Shown: positions 36,754-49,324 of the stretch, in pieces
How the letters are laid out: every line of letters starts with the position of its first letter
How positions within the stretch are numbered: position 1 is the stretch's first letter
Assembly (NCBI RefSeq): GCF_023055435.1
Contig: NW_025963779.1
Coordinates: forward strand, 86,676,001-86,740,000
DNA: 64,000 bases
Direction: 5' to 3'
DNA from: Haliotis rufescens
Lineage: Eukaryota
Position numbers and translations under genes: made by a program
The notes under the pieces: model-generated
Told to the model about the DNA's origin: nothing
Seen by the model: the letters and a program-made list of their open reading frames with translations, nothing else
The model's database searches: none

Positions 36754-39700
36754 AAATCGTGTTTGAAAACGTGTAGTTTGGGAAGATAAGCCATGTGGGG
36801 TCCGTCTCTACATATGAAGTTGACAGTGACAACCAGGACAAGGTGTTGAGTGAGTTAGTGGGTGGGCTGGTGAGTGGGTGAGTGAGTGAGTGAGTGAGTG
36901 AGTGAGTGAGTGGGTGGGCTGGTGAGTGAGTGGGTTCGGCTGGTGAGTGAGTGAGTGGGTGGGCTGGTGAGTGAGTGAGTGGGCGGGCTGGTGAGTGAGA
37001 GAGTGGGCTGGTGAGTGAGTGAGTGAATGAGTGAGTGAGGTGTAAGGACGTTTTCGACAATATTTCAGTTATATCACGGCGACTCAGCTTAATGTGGGAG
37101 GTACACCCGAAGTGATGCAGGTCGTAGATGTTCATTGCCTTGGTCAAACCCACGAACATGAGTATCGTGTCGACAAACCTAGAAACCTAATCATGGCGAA
37201 TCGGGGTGTGCAACCAGTGATCAAAGGTTTTACGAAGGCCTCTGCACATCGAATTGGCCTATGATCACGGGTATGGTGCTGTAAATTATTATTTAAATGC
37301 GTTCAGAAGAAACTAAAGATAACTCATACCTTATTAATTACACTAATATATGAAGGTCGGTTATTATAATCTACTAAACAATACAGTGTAGTCCAACATG
37401 TATTTGGGTGACTGTGAACAGTACAAACCGCTACGAGCGTGGGGAAATGCACGGAACGCCAGCATGGGTCTTGCTCTGTGCATAAAACATAAGATTGTGT
37501 AGTGAGCGTGTTCTTGCTGCACCTGTGCAAGGGTTTTCTCTTCTTGTTGGTGGAGTGGTCGAGTGACAACTTCTCTTCCTTCTACACTGTTCTTGTGAAA
37601 TATTAAAAACTCTTCTTGTTTTCGCTTTCCGTATACACAACACTTCCTGACATGAGAGAGGACGAGTTATTGTCTTGTGAGTGAGCAATGTTTTACGCCC
37701 TTGAACGGTATTTCATTTACTTCAGGGCGTGCCAGCTTTATGTGGGAGAAAACCCCAGGTGATGACTGTTACTAATTGGGTGAAACCCACCAACTCGGGC
37801 ATGGAGCTGGCACACCCAGAAACATGATCAGGGTCCATTTTGGGTTCCAACCCACGATCTTATGTTTCTGACAGAACTCTGCCTAGCGCCTCAAACGACT
37901 GGGCCGCTCGTAACACCTGTCTGACATGACGAGCGAGGGGAACGGAGGACATTCGAAAAATACAGGTTGTGTGATAGTTTTGACATTGGAGATGAATTCC
38001 ACTATATTTTCAAATGTGAATAGGGGCGGTCGGGTAGCCTAGTGGCTAAAGCGCCGTCGTCACGCCGAAGACCCGGGTTCAATTCCCGACATGAGTGCTA
38101 TGTGTGAAGCCCATATCTGGTGTCTGATATTGCTAAAAGCGGCGTTAAACCATACTCACTCACTCACTCAAATGTAAATATTTCAATGAACAAAGGGACA
38201 TGTACATCCCAAAACACTATTTAAAAAGGCCAAATATGTTACAACTCCAGCAATTATTTGTCATAAGATATCTGTCCAAAACAAACTATGTAAATTTATT
38301 AACATTATAATGAAAATTGTAAAAAACTCCCAGTTAACCTCTGTCCACCGCAATGTAAAATACTGTTTGTACCTTGTATGCCGATGCGCTCGGCCTGAGA
38401 GAAATAAAGTGCTGTTCTGTGGTATTCTGGAGCACTTTGTGTCCTCCATATTTCGTCAACTCCGGCTGAATGATATCACAAGTTGTACTTCTTACAGCGC
38501 GGATATCTTCCCTCACCTATACAAACCGAACACCTATATACCAGTAGTTGTGTGAAAATTGATGTGTATAATTTTAACACGAACATTTTGTACAACTATC
38601 AAGTGAGGGAATAGATTTTAATCTGTCATCGACTGTTTACGGGGTGCTGGAGCAAGCAAACCAGTGGTTGATAGTGTGAGAGTCAAACTGCACACTCAGC
38701 CTTCCATAAAAGTGCACATTCTTCCTTGATATCCACGTACAGTAAACTACGGTTATAACGAAATCAAAGGCCAGACATTTTAGTTCGTTACAAGCGTAGT
38801 TCGTTATAAGAATATACACAGCATACATATAACAAATGGTCGGGACCAAACAATACGTTCGTCATCATAGGTTCCTTTAAGAGCGTGTTCGTTATGAACA
38901 TAGTTTACAGTAACTGCATCTACCCGGTGGACACAAATGGACAACAACAGGCAGATTTAAGCCTTGCAACGTTTTCCTATCGTTTGTAATTTGTTGGTCA
39001 AATCCAGTTTTCAAGGGACCATTTTCTTTTGTCCAGCAGTTCACATAAATCAATAACAGTAGTTCAGATTCATGTGGCACCAAAGACGATCTCAGCTTTA
39101 GTTCACCCCAGTGGTGTCAAAGGTATATTATAGTCCCCGGTCCATATACATAGGAGTTTCACGCCGCACTTAGCAATATTCCAGCTATTTGACGGCGGTC
39201 TGTAAATAATCGACCTAATAATGGACCTAATTGCTACTATATCAGAGGAATGGCTCACTGCAGCGATTGTTTGTTTGTTCATTTCTTGAAAGGATTTCAG
39301 AGAAACTGTTGTTGTGTGTTTTGTTTGTTGTTTAACGCAATATTCCAGCCATATGAAGGCGGTCTGTAGAAATAATCGAATCTGGGCCAGACAATCCAGT
39401 GATTGGCATCATGATCATCGATCCACGCAGTTTGGATACGATGATATGTATCAACCAAGTCAGCGAGTCTGACCACCCGATCCTGTTAGTCGCCTCTTAC
39501 GACAAGCTCGTCACCACTTGGCTGAAAATGATGCCGATGTGACGTTACATTTTAACCCACTCACTCACTCTCACCACAAGGAAAGTCGCTTTTTACGGCA
39601 GGCATGGGTTGCTGAAGACCCATTCTAACCCGTATCTTCACCGGTATGTTTCGAAGAGAAATATAAGCCAGTTTTGATATAACAGAATCATCTTGTTCAA

Positions 39701-40618
39701 ACAACCAACGTTACAGCTACGTGTGGACTCGGTATGTATGTTATCAATGTGGACAACAAACCCCGCATGGCGTGGGCTATTTATAACCACCCGTTCTCGT
39801 GTCCGCACACTCAAACATTTTACAGACGATTTACTGAGTATTGAATGGAACAAAGTTTTTTGTTAAAAAAGTAAATGCATACATTAACAACGATGTTTGT
39901 TTCATTGGAATAATACTTTTGAAAACATAACACGACTGGTGTTTGAAAACGGCGAGTTGGTTATTTCAAAAGTCAAACGTTGTTTGCACGTAGAGATCGA
40001 TTTAGCGCCTGACTCATATCAAGAGCACATAACTCTACACAATATTCGCAAGTGTTGATTCAATTATTCGGTAGAGCTCCTGCTAGCTGTACAAAGCCAG
40101 TGTTCCCTCCGTTGGATTTAGCAATGTTGTCTTATATTAAAATATATAATACACCAAGCCGTTAAGGGTAACCATATCTAATCAAGGACTGATTGAAATA
40201 GGAAGCTGAAGGCGCAACGTGTATAGTACGTCGGCGATGAAGACTACGTTGTGCCTACGTTGTGTCGACGTTGTATCGACGTTGTGCCTACGTTGTGTCG
40301 ACGTTGTGCCCACGTGCTACGCTGTAGTCTCGGTGACTGCCCACCCGCTGACTGACAGTACTCGGAGGGCCACCCTGCCGAAGAGACTCAAGGTAGACGA
40401 TAGAACACACAGTGAGTATAACATGACAGTTGACCAACACCATGTGACAGTGGACAATACTGTTCACTGCCGGAGACGATTCTCGGTTTTATCCGGGTGT
40501 ATATTCTTTACACAGGCCACTATCGTGTCTCACAGTTCACAGTTACTTTGTATGAAGACACTACAGTCTGTATCTCCATGTACTTTTATAGTAGCTGTCA
40601 CTTCAGTGTGTGAAATCA

Positions 40619-40991
40619 TTTGTAACCAAAATTTTATTGAGGACGAATATCATTTTGTGCTTATATGCAATGCTTATAGTGATTTAAGAGCTGAAAACAT
40701 TCCTCCTAAATATTTTACAACCCCTTCTAAAAATAAATTTAATGCTCTTATGTCATCCACTAACTTTAAAATCATACGAAATCTAGCAGTCTACGTTTAC
40801 AAAGCTTTTCGACTTCGGTCATTACAAACAGTCTAAATATTTATTTGTATATATGCATGCGTATGTGTATAAATGTGTATGGATATGGATATATATGTAA
40901 AATACTGGTAATTCTTTTTTCTCCCTCTCTCTGTAAATAGTTCTGTGTAATAGGCCTACGGCCTAACACTTTTTGTGAATAAAACAATTAC
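40619..40991 (+). mobile_element. Same LINE 3' fragment in copy Z
   Basis: Orthologous to 3832-4204. Confidence 0.85.
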
Positions 40992-41752
40992 AATACACTC
41001 GATTGTCACTGACAGTAGTTCACAGGGTATCGGATGCCATTTATGTTTTAATGCATAGTAAACGTTACAGCTACACCATCTTCCCGAGTCAAGGAAGTTA
41101 ACTGACTATAAAAGTCCAGTTTCCACCCTCGCCGAACTAGGCTGAAATTATGGAGTTATATTTTAGTCGATTGCAGGATTTGTAAAGCATGTGTACAGCC
41201 AACTCGGGGTCAACAGCTATTTTCCAAATCTTTTCAAGTTTTTAATCATGGTACTCATGTCATTTGATGCACTTCGCGATGTAAGCCCCGTTTTATCACA
41301 ATATACATTTGATTATCGATCAGATTATTTCGACTGGCGCCGTCATTTTGTTTGAAGCAAACGCAAGTGATATAAGAGGTGGAATCTGATTGGTTAATAG
41401 GAGGGTTATAGAAGGAACGTAACTCGTAATAGCCACTGGTGGCGCAACGATCGAGAAATGCCACTCTAGTTCGGCGAGGGTAGGTTTTTACAGTCTGTTG
41501 ACACCTTGCTTCGGGAGGAAGCAGCTACACATGTAATGTGCATATAAATAAATGTAAATGTACAAAAAACAAACAAACTGTTATTTGGTGATTATTTCAA
41601 AGATTATTTTGTCAGTCATTGAATAATTCGTCGTGGATAGGGTCTTGGAGAAAGTCTGAAGTCATCGCTGCGCTTTGTTTCACGACAAGAACACGGAGCT
41701 GTGCAAAAGAAAGTTTCAAATGTTTCTAAACTTTCTCATTACAGAAGCGGCC

Positions 41753-42544
41753 ATGGAAAAGTCAAAGAACATGTTTTCCGAGGCATGCCTGACCAGTGAT
41801 GTGGCGCTTGTAGTCGAGGGTAAACAGCTGCACGTGAACAAAACAGTACTTTCGATTGCATCACCAGTCTTTGAAAAAATGTTCTTTGGGGAATTCAAAG
41901 AGAAAACCTTATTAGAAGTTCCCCTACCCGGGAAGACATACGACGACATGGTAGAGCTGCTTCTGTGCATTTACCCATCGACCACCAATCCGATCACAGC
42001 AGACAACATTGACGCACTACTTCCATTAGCGGAGGAATACCTTATGACGTCACTAAAACAACGCTGTCGCACGTTTGTCACAACCTCCCTGAAACTAAAC
42101 GTGAAAACTTTATCTAAGTCTCAGCTGGTACATTTCATGCATCTAGCAGACAAATATGACTTTGATGATGTTCTTGAGGATTGTCTGAGCCAGGCTGTGT
42201 ACATTGAATACAGTGATGTCAATGGGCTACAACACCAGGAGGGGTTCCAAGATCTCTGCGACAAGACAGCTGTCCAGTTCTTTAAGCGACGATTGGTGTT
42301 GGTGGAGGGACTTGTCAGACCGGTTTTGGAGAGCTCCACCACTGCTTCCGGGAACCTCCAAGAGGACTTCCAGACTATCATCAGCGGCAAGTGTAACGAG
42401 TTCTCCCACCGCCATGCAAGGCACGAATGTCGAGAATGTAAGGCTGTGTGTTGCGGGCGATGTCGGAAGCTCGGCACTGAAGCGATGGAAGATTTAGCTC
42501 ACGTTATCAAGAATATGCTGCCTGCTTTCAAAGAGTCTGAATAG
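41753..42544 (+). CDS. BTB/POZ protein A3 (263 aa)
   Basis: Near-identical to A1 and A2. ORF intact. Confidence 0.88.
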   Translation: MEKSKNMFSEACLTSDVALVVEGKQLHVNKTVLSIASPVFEKMFFGEFKEKTLLEVPLPGKTYDDMVELLLCIYPSTTNPITADNIDALLPLAEEYLMTSLKQRCRTFVTTSLKLNVKTLSKSQLVHFMHLADKYDFDDVLEDCLSQAVYIEYSDVNGLQHQEGFQDLCDKTAVQFFKRRLVLVEGLVRPVLESSTTASGNLQEDFQTIISGKCNEFSHRHARHECRECKAVCCGRCRKLGTEAMEDLAHVIKNMLPAFKESE

Positions 42545-45401
42545 TAATCGTTTTACAAGTGAGACGTACATTTTGATCTTAGGATACGGATATTCACCAA
42601 AAAATTTAGAATATCAGTAATGAATTGGAGAATAAATCATGTTTCGCCTCAGTCAATAGCACAAAAGCAAAATCAAGGCGACCTGTAAATAAACGAGACC
42701 TGGCCAACCATTGGCTTAACACCGATCCATAGTTCCCATGTACATACTCAAACAGTTGACACAGGATCCTCATTAAATCGGCTTTTACAACAATCCTGTT
42801 TATTTGTGACGTACACAACGAGGACTTTGTTAAAGACAAATTGTGGGACGTGTGAATGTTGTTAATACTCGTGTATTGTCATCGTGCATAATCATCAGTT
42901 TGACGGCAGTATGTTTTATATAGTCGTTTACGATGTTTTGAGAACTTTATGTTTGATACACGCGTGAATCATATTATACATGTATTTAACTGAAAAAAGA
43001 AATAGGTGCTCTTGTTTTTGTAACATGCCAGGTCAAATGTTAAAATGCTAGCTGTCTTCAAAGCTTCAGTACCATTACCTTCTAGAACGTTCAGTCTTAT
43101 ATTGTAATGTGTACATGAAATAACAGGACGGCAGTAGTATATAGGCAGTACTTTGGATTTGTGTACACGACTGGTGCCACTACGTCGGTGGCATCACATT
43201 GAATTATACTACACTGCCGGGCAAAAGAAAGTATACTTATGGTTGATGGTGGCTTAATTAAAAAAACAAGAAATCCATTTTGCGAGTGTCTTTTGCCCGG
43301 CAGTTTACACTAAGCAATAACAACAGTTTAGTTTCACGTTGTATCAGAGACCATGTGAGCTATACTTCAGCCCAGGGATGTCATGCAACTAAGTCCTCAG
43401 GTCCACATACATATGCCAGAGTTTAACAAATTCGAATAAATCTTGGTTTTTAGCAGTTTATATCTCTTGTAAATAGAATGTTTGACACTTAAATATCAAA
43501 CGTCAGCGTCAAAGAATAGTCAGCGTCGATTGTCTGAGGAAACAGATTCCTTTGGGCGTAAAAAGCAAAATCGGTGTGAAAATGATATGAATGGATCACT
43601 GTAAATCTGCGATTGCACCAGGTGTTCAGGATATGAACAGTTTTACTGTGACAGAATCATCTTGTTCAAACAGCCGACGCTACAGTTTCGCAAGGACTCT
43701 TTGTGTATGTAATGTATATGTAAAACAAACACCTCACGACATTGGTTATTTATAGCGACCTCGTACTAGTGTTGCCATGCTTAAACCTGTAAACAGACGA
43801 ATCAATTGGTATTGAACGGGACACACGTGACACGATCGACGAACGTACTCTTTAAGTGCATACGTTCAAGAGCAGATAACTCTGAACATTATTCGCCACA
43901 GTTTTGATGCAAATTCCGCTTCCTGCTGTAAAGTGCCTGGTGTCTGCGTTGTGGTCTGTGGCCTTGGTGACTGCCTACTCGCTACCCTGCTCAAGAGATA
44001 CAAGGTTGACGATAGTGAGTATAACATGACAGTGGCCTGGCACCATGTGACTAGTGTACAATACTGTTCACTGCCGGAGACGCTTCCTCAGTTTTATCCG
44101 GAAGTATATTCTATTGTTTTGAGGGGCGGTTGGGTAACCTAGTGGTTAAAGCGTTCGCTCGTCACGCCGAAGACCCGGGTTCGATTCCCGACATGGGTAC
44201 AATGTGTGAAACCCATTTCTGGTGTCCCCTGCCGTGATATTGCTGGAATAATGCTAAAAGCGGCGTAAAACCATACTCATTCACTCACTCACTCTATTGT
44301 TTTGACACCCTGGCGGTTTCTATGGATAAACGGATTCGGATTCTCGTATCTCGGAGTTTCTCAGAAAAAAACAACATCGGTGGTACATTAGTATACATTA
44401 CAATACAGTTCCTAAGGCCTAAATAACATACAAGTAGGGATCCTAGACGATTGCGTAATGTCGCCGTCTGATGAATAAAAAGAAAACTACTATTAGATCT
44501 ACCATTAAAAAAGGTTTGATTCTAAACAAAGTATCAAAATATACACACATTACGGGGAAAATTAGTTTCACAGGTGTGAATTAACTGTTAATCGAATAAA
44601 ACTATTATATCTGTCTGTGACAGCTGGCTTATTCACTCACCTAAAACAACAACGAAAACACATTTAAGTACCGAACTAATGCAGTTAATTATTTCATAAA
44701 ATATGTTTTCACCTCAGTATACAATAAGAAATAGTTTGAATAATGATAAAGTATTGTTTTAAGAATAATGAAAAAACACCAGACTCTGCCCAAACAAGTA
44801 AATGGTCCACCAGTGTGTGGAGCTCATGGGCGTCTGCTACACCAAAATATGATATTTCCTTACAACTATTAATGAATGACTTGGTCTTCATGATATAGCG
44901 GCCCCAGAGAATAGTATTTAGAGTTGTATCCCCCTCACTTTCTTGACAACTTATTTTACAGTAGTAAATAGTTATTGCTTGACGCCGAACATGCAGTCAT
45001 GCGACAATTCCGAAATAGATGTCTTGATCAATTTGAGAATGTGCTTTACAAATCTTGACCCTCATAACATAAAGCTCAAAGTGTGCTAAGAATACAAATT
45101 ATGAAAGGTAATACGTCAAATTGTGTGCATCTGTTCAAAAGCCGAAGACAATATTAGCGGGAAGCCTTGATTAATAAACAAAAGTCCGTTGTCGTGTGCA
45201 ACTCAATGCCAACAAACCACATTTTACCAATATTCAGTCACATTACCCGTCGAGATGAGTGTATTTGGCCAAAACTGAAACGTAAAAAAATCACGAAAGG
45301 AAATTAACTGTCCGAAAACTAACTCTCAGTGGCGCGTATGTGATCGTATGACACCGTCGTCTCATGCTCCTAATATACAATTTCTTATTACAGAAGCGGT
45401 C

Positions 45402-46199
45402 ATGGAAAATTCTGAGAACATGTTTTCCGAGGAATCCCTGACAAGTGATGTGGTGCTTGTAGTCGAGGGCCAAAAGCTGCACGTGAACAAAACGGTACTT
45501 TCGATTGCATCTCCAGTCTTTGAAAAAATGTTCTTTGGGGAATTCAAAGAGAAAACCTCATTAGAAGTTCCCCTACCCGGGAAGACATACGACGACATGG
45601 TAGAGCTGCTTCTGTGCATCTACCCATCGACCGCCAATCCGGTCACAGTAGACAACATTGACGCACTACTTCCACTAGCGGAGGAATATGCTATGACGTC
45701 TCTGAAACAACGCTGTCGCACGTTTTTCACAACCTACCTGAAAGTAAACGTGGAAAGTTTAGCAAAGTCTCAGCTGGTACATTTCATGCATCTAGCAGAC
45801 AAATATGACTTTGATGATGTCCTTGAGGGTTGTCTAGCTCGGGCTGTGCACATTGAATACAGTGGCACCAATGGGCTACAACACCAGGAGGAGTTCCATG
45901 ATCTCAGTGAAAAGGCGGCTGTCCAGTTCTTTAAGCGGCGATTGGTGTTGGTGGAGGGACTTTTCAGAACGGTGTTGGAAAAAACCACCAATCCTTCTGG
46001 AAAGCTTCACGATGACTTACAGGCTATCATCGGTGACAAATGTAAGCCGAAGTCATACGTGTTCCCTCATAGCAAGCATAAATGTGGAAAATGTGGAGCT
46101 GCGTGTTGCAGGGGATGTCGGGAGCTCGGCACTAGAGCTATAAACGATTTGGCTCATGTTATCCCGGAAATGCTGTCTGCTTTCGAAAAGTGTAAATAG
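45402..46199 (+). CDS. BTB/POZ protein B3, full length (265 aa) with Cys/His tail
   Basis: B-type N-terminus (MENSENMFSEES) and C-terminal CKPKSYVFPHSKHKCGKCGAACCRGC. Confidence 0.88.
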   Translation: MENSENMFSEESLTSDVVLVVEGQKLHVNKTVLSIASPVFEKMFFGEFKEKTSLEVPLPGKTYDDMVELLLCIYPSTANPVTVDNIDALLPLAEEYAMTSLKQRCRTFFTTYLKVNVESLAKSQLVHFMHLADKYDFDDVLEGCLARAVHIEYSGTNGLQHQEEFHDLSEKAAVQFFKRRLVLVEGLFRTVLEKTTNPSGKLHDDLQAIIGDKCKPKSYVFPHSKHKCGKCGAACCRGCRELGTRAINDLAHVIPEMLSAFEKCK

Positions 46200-46729
46200 C
46201 TGGCGTAAATCAGAGATTTTGATCAATTGTTATTTTGGATATAGACATTTACGTTAGTGACACGCCCAAAAAGAGAATATCAGTAGTGAATTGGTGAATA
46301 AAGTGTGTTTCGCTGCAGTTAGTAGCATAATAGCTATATCAAGGCGACCTGTAAAATAATCGAGTCCTGGACATGCTCAAACAGTAGACATCGGATCTTA
46401 ATTTAACTCGTCTCTAACAACAATCCTGTGTTACTAGGTACATACACATGGAGGACTTTATTAAAGACAAGACAACTATATAAGTGGTTCTTAGACAATA
46501 GCTCTGACTAAAACGGTTGACATCGAATATGTTTCAGTCCTCTGTTGCTTATGTATATTAATAGTCATTTCATAGAACGGTCTAATCACAAGGATAACAC
46601 TTTATGTTAGAAACATTTCCCCTTCAAATTTTTTTTATCTCAACCCATCGTAGCTTGATAAGACTGAGTAAGTTACAATCACTTTGCCTTCTCATGTTCA
46701 AGATTTTCACAAAGTAAAGGGTAAAATTA

Positions 46730-47455
46730 TGTTTTGTTTGTTTGTTTGTCGTTTCTCTGACTTACTTCAAAACGCCTTTACGTTGATAGATGGGACAAGA
46801 AAGGATTTCAGAGAAACTTAGCCTTATTTGTTTGTTTTGTTTGTTGTTTAACGCCACACTCAGCAATAGTCCAGCTATATGACGGCGGTCTGTAAATAAT
46901 CGAGTCAGGACCAGACAATCCAGTGATTGATATCATGATATCATCATCGGGATAATTTGGATACGATGACATGCATAATTCAGCGAACCTGACCACCCGA
47001 TCCCGGTAGTCGCCTCTTACGACAAGCATAGTCGCCTGTTACGGAAAGCATGGGTTGCTAAAGACCTGTTCTACCCCGGATCTTCACGGGGTGAGACAAG
47101 CATGGGTTGCTGAAGACCTATTCTACCCCGGATCTTCACGGGGTGAGACAAGCATGGGTTGCTAAAGACCTATTCTACTCCGGATCTCCACGGGGTGAGA
47201 CAAGCTTGGGTTGCTGAAGACCTATTCTACCCCGGATCTTCACGGGGTGAGACAAGCATGGGTTGCTGAAGACCTATTCTACCCCGGATCTTCACGGGGT
47301 GAGACAAGCATGGGTTGCTGAAGACCTATTCTACCCCGGATCTTCACGGGGTGAGACAAGCTTGGGTTGCTGAAGACCTATGCTACCCCGGATCTTCACA
47401 AGGGGAGACAAGCATGGGTTGCTGAAGACCTATTCTACCCCGGATCGTCACGGGT
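46730..47455 (-). mobile_element. SINE-like family 2 with eight tandem 52-bp heads
   Basis: Unit aagcatgggttgctgaagacctattctaccccggatcttcacggggtgagac repeated from 47046. Confidence 0.85.
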
Positions 47456-47954
47456 TCCTTCTATAATAAGCTGGCTTATGACTTACACCGGGTGTTCGCG
47501 AAAAGGGTAAGTATGCCCTTCCTACCAGCAGCACCCATCACTCGTCATGATGACGCCCTCAGATCAGTCTATGGGGATGAGGTTGGAGATATATTTAAAA
47601 GACTGATTCCTAACTGAGGACACACTACAAAGCCTCGTTACGTAAGAGACATGTATCTTTATCATCTATTATTAATGGTAAACCGTGTAAAAGTTGACAG
47701 CGTCGTTTTTCATGCAGCCGTCGCTTGAATTGCAACCCGAAGAGCAACATACTTTGTTGATGATATGTCCACAAATATCAATAAAATGTGTTCTGTTCGT
47801 GTTATAAATGACACTGAATCTCACTTATGACCGTTGTAAGGTCAAGCATGTCATGTTGTCCCAACATCTCCCACGTCACAAGCAGGGAGAAGGTCACGAT
47901 GTTTACCTATGGACCACCCTATCATATCAAACATGATCTGAATTAATGATGAAA

Positions 47955-48094
47955 ATCTTGTTATGTTGAAATTTCAAGATGTTATGTTGAAAATTCAAGA
48001 CAATCATCTTGAAATTTTAAGATACTAACTTAAAATTTCAACTTAGTATCTTGAAATTTCAAGAAAAAAACAAATGACCCTAAAAGGCTTCCGT
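47955..48094. repeat. Remnant of a non-autonomous DNA element with about 21-bp internal repeats
   Basis: Repeated atcttgaaatttcaaga units ending in gaccctaaaaggcttccgta. Confidence 0.5.
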
Positions 48095-48570
48095 AAAGAA
48101 CTGAATTATCATTGCATTTTATTATTCCTCAATGTGAATAAGAATAAAAAACACAAAATGCTCTCTTCGCTTATTATTGGTGTATACGTTTATATGATAC
48201 CTTCATCAATACAATAATCTTTTTATGTGTGTGGACATATGCACACGGGGACGAAACAATATTACACTTCAATTCCATATATTAAAATACAATTTTAGGG
48301 ATATTCACGTGCTGAAGATAAAATTGGAATTGTGACACTATTTTATCCGGGGAACTTTGTTAAACGCTCGACACAGATTGAGTTAACATTAAGCTCATTG
48401 TCGCTGGAGAAATATACGTCGAGAAAAGAGCAGGGTCGCGTTCTATGTTTACATTTCAGTTTACATATTTAAGTTTATTTATGTGTTTTTTTATATTCCG
48501 AATGCCTCACCAGACATGCTATGAATCAAGCTAGGGGTAACATAGTGAGGATGAGGCACGGCATGAAAAA

Positions 48571-48754
48571 TGACCTTGACGTACACCCCATCGTTGATAC
48601 ATGACGTCGTCAATCATTGATGTCACATGACTTTGTGAACTAGAATGGCGTTTGGTCACGTGCACGTGATGCCACGTACATATAAGGCGCAGACATCCAC
48701 TTCCTTCCTGTGTCCTAGTGCTACAGCCCCGACCAACATCTTTCGCAGGTTAGT
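48571..48754 (+). promoter_or_regulatory. Putative promoter and non-coding exon 1 of the SOUL-like gene
   Basis: TGACCTTGA 48571, TGACGTC 48602, GTCACATGAC 48622, tandem CACGTG at 48657 and 48663, CCACGT 48672, TATAAG 48681, donor cag|gttagt 48749. Confidence 0.45.
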
Positions 48755-49097
48755 AAATATTTGATATATTTCTTTCATAGGTTATTGCAAGTAGAAGGAT
48801 TCGTTGACAAGAACTTCTATTCTAAAATTGTACCGTTATTTGTAGTGCTTCATGTATTATTCAGGAACAACAAATTATGATTTTCTATAATTATATCTGT
48901 AATAACTATGATTTACATTCAATGGTTACATCCTCTTATGGCAACTCGGCCCATATGGTTTGTTTTCAATTTAAATTGATTAACCAAGTGGTATTTAACC
49001 TAAACATTACGTTAAAGATTGATAGAGTCCGAAGTTAATCTGCAGTGAAAGCCTAACACGTTATAATCATGCATACCTAAGCCTTTGTTAACTTGAG

Positions 49098-49220
49098 TTC
49101 GGTAGTCTTGTGGTTAAAGCGTCCTCTCGTCACGCCTGGGTTCGATTCCGCACATGGGTACAATGTGTTAACATCGTTCGAGGTGGCGCCGCCGTGATAG
49201 TGCTGGAACATTGCTAAAAT
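49098..49220 (+). mobile_element. SINE family 1, degenerate
   Basis: gtggttaaagcg..cgtcacgcc..ggttcgattcc..ttgctaaaa. Confidence 0.7.
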
Positions 49221-49324
49221 AGTTTACTATTCAGCAATGGGTACCACTCAAAATATCCACCATAATGTACTGTTGTGCACAGTACAACAACAGAAGCGAC
49301 AAAACACTAATCATACGGAAGTTC

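Larger units (their letters stand above)
29056..47482. repeat. Tandem segmental duplication copy Z (terminal copy)
   Basis: Same feature order as Y. After gcttatgac (47482) the sequence continues into unique DNA (ttacaccggg) instead of the LINE. Confidence 0.93.

Noticed and set aside
40219-40836. 205-aa ORF as a novel gene
   Set aside because: A chance fusion of minisatellite, intergenic DNA and the LINE 3' fragment. It is stopped in X and Y.
1-47482. Whole triplication as an assembly artefact
   Set aside because: The copies differ by many substitutions, private insertions with TSDs and deletions, and the junction recurs twice. Partial haplotype mixing cannot be excluded without reads.
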